A stretch of 64,000 bases of DNA, taken from Protoeuglena noctilucae (Eukaryota). Each line of letters starts with the position of its first letter. The stretch's first letter is position 1. The translations under genes were made by a program, and so were the position numbers. This document shows positions 39,718-48,590 of the stretch, in pieces. The notes beneath the pieces were generated by a model. It ran no database searches. It was not told where the DNA came from and was given only the letters and a program-made list of their open reading frames with translations. The DNA lies in contig OY253676.1 of NCBI GenBank assembly GCA_958009085.1, forward strand, positions 186,001 to 250,000, in the 5' to 3' direction.

Positions 39718-40764
39718 TCACGCGGGCTGAAGGTCCCACGGCGCAGCCCAGCAGAGGGTGACGACCCCTTCTGCGTGGACAGCACTCCTGACCGCGTCAT
39801 CCATGTTGGGAGCAGCGAGGACGGCGGTCACGCCCGCCCTGGCCCCCGCCGCCAGCGCGGCCTCGACCTCCCCCTTGGTGGGTGGCGTGGCGTCCCACTG
39901 TGCCGCCAGCGCAGCCACCTCCGCCATCACACAATCCAGCAAGAACGCGAATACTGGGCCCCCCCTACCCGTGCGTCCCTCCTGGAGAAGGGCGCCCCAA
40001 CCGCCCCTGCTGCTGAAGAGTTGGGCCCTTGCGGAGCCCTTCTTGCTCTTCGAAACCGCCTGTCCCGACACCAGGTTGACGAACTTGCCGGCCACCGGCC
40101 AACTAACGCTCCCGGTCTTGCATTCCACCACAAAAGGCTTGAGCTGCACCTTGCACTTGCCCCCCTCCCCCTCAAACACCACCAACACCCCCGCCCCATC
40201 CACCTCCCTACGCTTCTCGCCACCACCCTTCACCTCGCAGAAAAACACCTGCCCTCCAACCACGACACCCCGCACGACAACCCCATCCTGACCCAAGCCC
40301 CCACCAAGCCGCTGCTCCTCCCGTGCCGCCAGCATTTCTGCTGCAGCCTGAACCGACGCCTGCTCCGTCCCCCAGGCGACGCCCCGCCGGGAGCCCTCCA
40401 AACTTCTGATCGACCTGGACATAATATTCATCTCATCTCCCACACTCCCAACCCAACCATTGAAGTCCTTCCGCAAACCCGTGACCCTCTCCTCCAGGGT
40501 ATTAAGCTGGCCTTTGACACCCGTGACCGTCTCCTCCAGGCTCTTGAGCTGGCCTTCGAACTTGGAGAATCCAAGCCGAACCTCGGAGAATCCAAGCCGG
40601 AGCTCGGCCAGGAGCTCGGCATTGGAGGCGTTTGCCGAAGCCTGCTGCTTCTCTGCGCCAAGCAAAGAACACAGCGCGCCGTCACCCAGCGGCGAGGGTA
40701 GACCCCCGAGACGAGCAGCACTGGCAGCTCCACCAAAGCAAAACAGGCGAGCGGCTGCAGTCAT
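39718..40764 (-). CDS. Coiled-coil + PD-(D/E)XK (restriction-endonuclease-fold) nuclease-like protein, 348 aa, apparently intronless
   Basis: Heptad repeats (LRLGFSE VRLGFSK; LEETVTG VKGQLNT LEERVTG) are followed by GTEQ ... REVDGAG ... FVVECKT, i.e. the E...D...ExK pattern. The ORF is G/T-rich, unlike the flanking host genes. Confidence 0.6.
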   Translation of the reverse strand: MTAAARLFCFGGAASAARLGGLPSPLGDGALCSLLGAEKQQASANASNAELLAELRLGFSEVRLGFSKFEGQLKSLEETVTGVKGQLNTLEERVTGLRKDFNGWVGSVGDEMNIMSRSIRSLEGSRRGVAWGTEQASVQAAAEMLAAREEQRLGGGLGQDGVVVRGVVVGGQVFFCEVKGGGEKRREVDGAGVLVVFEGEGGKCKVQLKPFVVECKTGSVSWPVAGKFVNLVSGQAVSKSKKGSARAQLFSSRGGWGALLQEGRTGRGGPVFAFLLDCVMAEVAALAAQWDATPPTKGEVEAALAAGARAGVTAVLAAPNMDDAVRSAVHAEGVVTLCWAAPWDLQPA

Positions 40765-42299
40765 GGCCTACAGCTATGCCAGGCTTGGCCAGCCATGGCC
40801 GGAGCTGCAGCACTCACCGGAACTTGAGGCGTCGGTGCCCCCCCCTCCCGCGTGCCCGCCCGCCTGCCTGCCCGTGCTCTCCGGGGCCGGCTCCCCACTC
40901 CCTTGCGATCCATCCCCACGCTTGGCTCGCAGAGCCAAGACGACCCGCGTCGCTCTGTTATAACCCATGAGGGGTCTCTGCAGCAGAAGCGGCGACAGCG
41001 CCCCGTCGAAGCCGCCCGCACACGCTTGTCAGCGAAATACAAGACAGCTGCCGCGCTCTCTGCGCCGCACCGGTGGGAGTGCAGGTCCCGGGGGCCCCGA
41101 CGCCCGCATGGCCGCAGTAGTGGAAAGCAACGGAGCTACGGCGATGCGTCTTGACGAAAATGCGCGCCCGGAACTCCAGGCGTGGGCAGCCTGCCCGAGC
41201 ATCTCTGCGGGCCAGCAGCTCGCGTTCGCAGGAATCGACTTCCAAGTATCCTCCAGTCGGGTACCCAGAAATGCAATCAGCAGTCTGAGGGCGGTCGGAA
41301 GGCGCGCGCGTCGGAAGGCGCGCTGAAAGACTGGCACCGCTGTCAGCCCCGAGGCTGTACCGGCCCTGGGTGCCAGAGGTATCACCAAGTTAATGCTCCG
41401 GCCGGCCACGACTTAATGCCATAAATTTCTTATAGCGCTCTTATTTGTCAAAAGGTCGTCGTGGTGCATCAGATGGGCATTTCAACGCATGTGGAAGCGC
41501 GACAGCCCCCACCAATACCCGCCCACAAGAAGCCACACCAGGGACAGATGAGGGCTCATGTCATGGATCTTGCTGTGAAGGCGGTTGATGAAACCGCGTG
41601 TGCATTTTCAGGCTCCGAAGCTGCCGCATCTGTCAGGTAATGCCTTGTACCCTGAGGGCCGTCTGCGGACATTTGTGCACCGTGCGACGCACGGAACCTC
41701 CAGAGACATGTATCATGGCATTACTACGGTAGTCACGGAAGCAGAGATTATGGGGCAGCCCCGCTGGAGTGGGGAGGAGGACGCACGAATTAGCGCAGCA
41801 TGCTACCTGGTGGGATGGCTGGCGCGTCGCCGTCTCCACGGATGGAAACGCCTGATAGATGATAGCATCCTTATCATTTATTCGATCTCGAACAGCAGTA
41901 TGTAAACGGATGGTCCGTTCATGTGAAAATGCCGATTCATGTGTGGGAGCTAAGAAAGCGATGCGCCGTGCGCGACGCGGGGCCCTGTGCACGAGATTGT
42001 GCTCGCAGTAACGGCGGCTGGCATGTAGACGCCTACAGGGGCTGCTTGAGCCATAACGCGCGTGTTTCTTGACAGGGCGGCAGACGTGCCCCACCGTATT
42101 GGGGCAGATGCAGCACTCCGGGGCTGAGCATGTACTGCGACAGTTATTGTATATCTCTGGCAACGCTCATATGATTTGGACTTGCCGCTGGCCGTCGTAG
42201 GGGGGGCTGATGCGTGCTTTCCACTCGTCGCTACACAACCCAACAATTAATACGATGCAATAGTCAGAGAGATGCAAGGCAGCTGTACTTCTTAATTGC

Positions 42300-45200
42300 C
42301 AGAAGCTTCTTCAATCGCTCAAGCGTATCGGGGGCTGGGCGGCAGGCTGGGGCGCTCGCCAGGCGTTCCTGGCTACCCAGGGGAAGCCAGAGACCTCGTT
42401 GCTATCGTCGATCTTTCTCTTTAGTTCCAAAAATCTGCATGCAACGCACGACGTGACAGTGGCGGATGCTGGCGTCGGGGTGGGGCCATGCCCACAGCAC
42501 AGAATCACCACAGCAACTCCTTGGCCTCACCTACACGTCCTCGACGCGGCGCGTCCTGCCACCCGCCATCCTGGTCGTTTCCAAATGTGCAAGGTACCTC
42601 TTGTTGGCCACGGCGTTGCCGAGTGCAGCACGCACACACCCACCCCTCGTCTCTTCCAGCACCAGCTTCGCCGCCGACGCATCAAATTTCCCCTTGCAGC
42701 CAACCACCAGCCCCGCAGCGTCAGCCAGTACCACAGCCGTGGGCCCCCCTGTCCTCTCAGGGTCGTCCACACCCCACTTGACCTCATCGATGTTCCACCC
42801 TTCCAGACCTCCCGGCAGAGCGGCGATGAAATTCCCGACGAGGCCGAGCAGGTCAGCTGGAGCGGACGCCATGGGCCCTTCGCATGGAATCACAACAGCT
42901 TGCTTGTGGGCCTTGTCGTAGCACGTCAGGAACCAGCGCTCACCCACCCGCCGAGGCCAGATGATGGCGTCGGCATCCGCCACGGTGGCCATCCCCGCGC
43001 CCCATTTGTTGAGCACCTTCTTCTCGTGCGCGGGTCCGTCGAAGAGGAGCCCCCCCCCATCGGTCACCGCTGCAGTCGATGGCAAGAAGAGGACGGAGCT
43101 GGTGTACAGCTGCGGCAGCGTGTTGCGCAACCGGCGATGCCTGTCCTGGATTAGCACCATCGCGGCGTCGACGAAGTTGGGGGACCCAGGGAAGTTGCCA
43201 AGGATGCTCTGCACGTCGGCGGCGGTGCACACGCTCTGCGGCTGCCCTCTCACTTGCTGCCACGGGACGGTCAGCACTGGGTCGTCCACTCGGTTGATGT
43301 TGTCAATGACGTTGTTGCGCTCCTTCGCGGCCTTGGCGATCATGTGGCGCGCACTGAATATGGCACGCGCCTCGGGGGTGACACTGTCGGAATCGTGCGG
43401 CACGGTGAGGTTGAGGCGCTTCCGCAAGAGGCGGATGCGCCGCTCGCACTCGGCAAGAGTGCGGATCCCGTTTAAGCGCGTCACCACCTCGCCCAGGACA
43501 GAGCTCGACACCTGTGCGAAGTTATGCCTTACTGTGGCGTCCACCAAGGCCGTCATGAGCTTCTCGTCCTCCTCCCTTGTCCACACACGCGCGCCGGCGA
43601 TCTTGAAGCCCCTGGCCCGCAGCTCGTCGATGGTGAGCGAGATTGGCTCGACGTCTTCGAACATGGTGAAGGCTTGGGCCCGCGTCATCTTCACTGCGCA
43701 GCTGCGACGCATGGACTCTGCCACAGATCCCTCGTCAGCTTTGAGCCCGGTGTTGTGCTCGAAGGCCAGCTCGTCGAGCACGGCCTGGGCGATGTGCAGG
43801 CTCCGTGGAACGCGCAGGTCGATTCGCCCACGCAGGATGGAGTGGAAGGTCTCGTTGACGCTCGTCCCTTGCTGAATCCCGTGGTTCACGTGGATGCCCC
43901 ACAGCGCGTCCAGAACTGGGTGCTTGGCAATGGCCTCGATGGCGGCCCGGACGGGGGTCCCGAGGGCCAGGAGGCCCCCCACGTGCCGCTCGCTGGGACC
44001 AACGGATCCGGAGTCCTCCTCGGACTCCGCGTCCCCACCGTAGCCCGCCACGTGCCTTGCGAACCTCACCAATTCCTCTTCCCGCCGGGGTGCCTCTCTG
44101 GACCGTGTCACAGCGTACCGCTCAATGACCCGTTTCAGCTCTGTTGCAAGCTCCTCCGCGCTCCTGTAGGGCTCCTTGTTGCCGTGCACGGGGTTCCTCA
44201 CCGCCCCGCTCCGGTGAGACCTCACCAACAGGCGATTGAGTACGCCCCTGACTTCCGCCATGAAGGCGGTGCTGTCGGGGTGCGTCTGGTACTTCCGCAG
44301 CGCGTTCTCGACGCGGTGGATGACGTGCCACAGGTCCTGGATGACGCGGATGTTGTCGATGTCGCTGTCGTCGGGCACCTCCAGCCCCGCGGCGCGGCAC
44401 GCGCTCGCGGCGTGCTTCAGGGCGTCGCGCACGAACGACCCGTCCTTGGCAGTCGCGCTCCCGACGCAATCCACCGTCACCGACTCGGGGAAGCAGTTGC
44501 GGTGGTCGAGGAGGATCATCTCGAACACGCGCTTGAAGGTGTCGTGCGATTCGTCGGGTATGATGACTGCTGCGATGACGTCCCCCGTGCTCTCCCATGA
44601 CCGTCATTACCTTCGCAAGCACCCGGCACCGCCTCGGCTTGCCCAGGTACATGCGGCGTGCCACGACGTTGCTGGCGGCCTTGTACGTCACGTCGACCTT
44701 CCAGTGCCTCGAGTCCGGTCGCACCTTGGTGACGCCGCGAACTACTTTCTTTCGCAGCCACGCCTCCCGCAGCGTCGCCCTCGCGGTGCGGTCGTAGAAG
44801 ACAACGCCTCGCCGCACAGCCTCGCGGCCGTTGCTCATGACGCCAAGCTTAATGACCTTGGCGACGAGGGTACGAAGCTCCTCATTAACCCTGTGGTCCA
44901 CGCATAGGCCCTCGTCAGCGTGCACCGGATGGGGGAGACCCTCAATGTCGGGGACGTTCCATGGCCGGACTGGTGCTCCTGTCCCTCCCGATGGTGCCAC
45001 GCCGTCCATGTCAGGTCCCACGGGTTCCTCTGGAGCCTGGCTGTCACCGTTGGACGGTCCCTCCACCTCACGACGCCCTCCCACTTGCCCAACCGCCCCT
45101 CTCCCCCACGCACCCTCAGCGCCCGGCACGTCCGCCTCCACTGCTGCTGCAAAGCCATGCCCGGGAGGTACACCGATATGCTCGTCATCCCCTTCCCCAC

Positions 45201-47379
45201 TCCCGCCACGAAGCCGCAGAACGTCTCCCGGCCTGCCATGGTCGTCGACGCTTCCATGCGCGGGGGCGCTGCCGGCCCCTCCCCCGGGCCCCAACGCCGT
45301 CGAGACCTGCTGTCCCGTAGTCTGTAGGACCCCCCCATCCATGCTGGGGCCCGCTCCGACCACGCCCACGCCTCCCACGGATCGACCCATCCAGCCGCTC
45401 GGCCCTTCGAGCCCACCGTTGGCCACGAGCGGCAGGATGAGCCCCGCAGCCGACCCCGGCATCCCGCCCAGCGACCCCCACTGACCCATAGTGCTGCCCA
45501 TGGACCCTCCCACACCGATGCCCGCGCTGCCAAGACCGGCTGGGGTACGACCCACCACAGCGCCCATGCTCACGCCTCCCGGTGCTACCCGCCCGCCCCG
45601 TATCGAGGCCTCCACCGACCCTGTCGCCGTCTGAGGAACACCGGGACGCCCTGGACGCGATACGTTGCCGGCGCCCTGCTCCAGGCGTGGCTCGGTGGCT
45701 GCCTCGCGCCGCGGCGCAGCCCGCGCCTGGGCTGCGTCGTGCCTCATCACCCTGGACCCCGCGGCCTTGCGCTCCGTCCCTGTGTACCTCTCGCGCAGGC
45801 CGCACGGCGTCATGGGATTGCTCCTCAAGCCGCGCTTCACGAGCATCTCCGCTCCCCACGCACGACTCGTGTCGTAGTGCAGCCTCGGCAGGTCCGCCGA
45901 CTTGACTGGCAGTACCGTGGTCTCGTCGTCGGGGGCGTACCGCGCGAGGAGTACCTCGTGCATGAAGTCCGGCGTCGGGCGGACGCGAGCGTCAACGTCC
46001 CGCTTCTGCCACGTCGCCACGAGGACCTCCATGGACCCGTCCACGATGCGGCCGCCGTTGAGCCCGTAAGGGGTGCGCTGGATGTCGCGGTGCTGGATGC
46101 TGAGAGCCCAGCCTTGCTTCCTTAATGCTTCTATCTCCCCCATCTGTGTGATATTGAGGCGAAGCAACGCCTCCCCTTGGTAGGCCTTGTTACGTGCCAC
46201 CCACAGGCCGTGTACCAGATCCCTGAGAGATAGTAGATATGCCTGCAAGACTTGCAGCGACTCCTCCGTCAGCAAGTCCCAGGAAGCGCGGAACGTCCCG
46301 ACCAAGAAGATGACTTCGAGGACGGACGGCATGCGTCCAGGTATGCAGTTCACCTCTCGCTTCAAGAGAGGGACAGCCTTGATCCGGGGGGCGCCAGGCG
46401 CTGCAAAGCACGCCTCGAGCGCGGCCGTGGCGCTCGGCAGTTGACTCATGGCGATGCCTGCACCCTGCAAGTCCCCGGGCCACACATCCCCTCGCATGAT
46501 GCCCTGGAACGCCGCCCTTGGCTTGACAGGAACGTCAAGATGCTCATGAAAGCGACGCGCCAGCATGTCGATGGCGTCGTCATTGCAGAGGTGCCCGTCG
46601 GGGGGGACGTACGTCGTGTCGAACTCCTCAGGGCAGAAATTCTCGTCCTCGTCCTCGGAAGAGGAGCTGCTGCCAGTCTGGCCATCACCGTTGGCCACGT
46701 CCGTCCCGTGACCGTCGTCAGCCACATCCACCCCCCGCCCAGCGTCCGTCTCAGCTCCCGCGCCACCCTCTGAAAGGTCTTGGAATGCCTGGTTGGCCCA
46801 GTGCTGCTCTCGAGCCCCATCAGTGCGAGGCTTCGCACGGCTGCATCGCCGGAGCGCCTCCTCGACGATCTCCCCCGTGTCCACGGCAACGCCTTGGGCC
46901 CTGCAGAAGTCCGCGAGGTCGGACAGCCAGTCGGAAAGGGTATCTTCCCTCTCCTCGAGCTCGGCCTTCGCAGCCGCACGCACGTTGAACTTGTTCCTCC
47001 GATAGAGGGCATGGACGTGGCGGAGCCACGCGGGGTGCAGGCATACAGAGCATCTTCCCCCGCCCATCTCACTTGGAGGCCCGCTGCTCTCCCTGTCACC
47101 CAATCAACGGCATTCTAATGTGAAAGACTACTGTGCTTCGACGTCGGGCAGGCGCATAAATGCTCACCGGCGCTGACCGCTTTGTGCAGGCCAGACACTT
47201 CAGCGCAGCGCGGGAGCGATGGCGGGGCCGCCGGGGCCTCCGCCCGTCACGGCGGCCCTATGCTGTAGTGCACTTTAGGCCTGTACCAGCCGATTGGAGA
47301 TCCGGAGGGCCGCCCTCGTACCCCGAGCTTGGGCTGAGCGAGAGGCTGCTGTTGCCTCTACTCGCTTATTTGCCTCTAG
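42300..47379 (-). mobile_element. Putative DNA transposon of the DxxH-motif group (Mutator/Novosib/Sola2-like); boundaries approximate
   Basis: Intronless transposase ORF in an otherwise intron-rich genome, flanked by AT-richer DNA, with an abrupt composition change after 47380. No convincing TIR or TSD found by eye. Confidence 0.6.
42531..47067 (-). pseudogene. DDE-type DNA transposase polyprotein (~1500 codons) interrupted by a single +1 frameshift at 44582-44586
   Basis: Motifs KVDVTYK (D ~44693), VMTVMGEHG/DVIAAV (joined across the frameshift), VTVDC (D ~44470), IQDLWH (44325-44342) and GTSVNETFH (E ~43852). Then a Myb/SANT repeat WTREEDEKL...RTLAECERRIRLL and a Ulp1-like fold. First in-frame ATG at 47067. 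The frameshift could be an assembly homopolymer error. Confidence 0.75.
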
Positions 47380-47837
47380 TCTAGCTAATTAATTCAAAAG
47401 TCTTTGAGTTGTTGCATTTGTTGGGCTATCAAAGCCTTCCCCCCCGGTGCCTCGCTGTATACCTCTGGCACCCAGGGCCGCGCCGCCCTCGCCCTCAGAC
47501 GGAGACCAAGCCATGGTGGTGCCGCGAATCGTCTCAAATACGAGGCTTGGTACGGAGCATAGCGCTGCCTGGTCCCCGGGGGACACACGGGGCACGCTCA
47601 GACTGCAATTTGCGGGCGCCGGCGCAGCAAATGTTCCGCAGAGAGCAGGTCATGTCTTTGTCCAGACTCGTCTACATGCACATAAGTAAGTGCATGGTGT
47701 CACAAAACAATGGGTCTTTGTGGGAAATATTGCCGCTTCAGGTCAGCCAGCCTGTAGGCCAGCCTGCAGCGCTGGGCAGCCCCATGACCAGCTCGGTTCC
47801 GAGCAACTTCTGCAATAACATGATTTAAAGTCCCACG

Positions 47838-48110
47838 ATGGAATGCGCACTGATGGATAGCGGCGCGTGTGCCAACACCTGTACACCGGCCACCCTGGGG
47901 AAATATGCCGCATTGGGCCACCCACTCTCGACCCAGCACGTGGGCGGCTGCCACCCTCCAAACCGCCCTTGCGTCCGGAGACACCATGGCCCCCTACGGC
48001 AGCCACGCGTTGCCGAGTACGTGTGCTTATCGTGTGCGAGGCCCCTGCCTCGTGGGTACCACCCGCCGCGGCCTGGGGATGGCCCACGCCCTCCACCCCT
48101 CGTACACCTC
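47838..48110 (+). pseudogene. Degenerate retropepsin (LTR-retrotransposon-like aspartic protease) relic
   Basis: ALMDSGACAN (active-site DSG), then in shifted frames ALASGDTMAPYG (flap-like), RVRVLIV and GLGMAHAL (ILG-like), in the expected order. Confidence 0.4.
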
Positions 48111-48590
48111 GTTGCGCATTGCCTTGTTCGGAGGGACGTCAGTTGGTGCCGCCCCAGTAACATAAAAAATGATGTATCGCAGGGGGTGGGACTTTCCATG
48201 CCGGGCAACTACAGGCAGCACATCCGGTTTGGGTCGTTATGGTACCTCGTCAAAGGCCATGAAGCCCCCTCTGCACGCCAAGTCGGAGTGAAGCCACTTG
48301 AGGATCAGCGTCAGGGTCCTGGTTCTCGAGCCACGTGTCGCTGCAGAGCGTGCAGGGACCCGAGAGGGTGTGCCCTTAACCCTGACGCCTGGAAAACAGC
48401 TTCAACCAGGACAATTTGGCCAGAAGTGAATGTAAGAGGGTAGGGCAAGGAAGGGGCAATGTCAACGACACGGGAAGAGCGAAAGGGAAGCGTTACGTTG
48501 GCATTCGAACAGCACCAGTCTCGCCACGCTCTCCGTACACACGCGAAGCACGTAGCACACACCATGTGCGGCACATCACCGTTGACTCAT

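Noticed and set aside
41633..42163. Cys-rich minus-strand ORF considered as a Fanzor/TnpB zinc ribbon
   Set aside because: No RuvC I/II/III motifs and no RDxNA-type motif found.
39236..47309. 10-bp inverted match acgagggcgg / ccgccctcgt as possible TIRs
   Set aside because: Too short for GC-rich DNA, does not extend, and has no flanking TSD.
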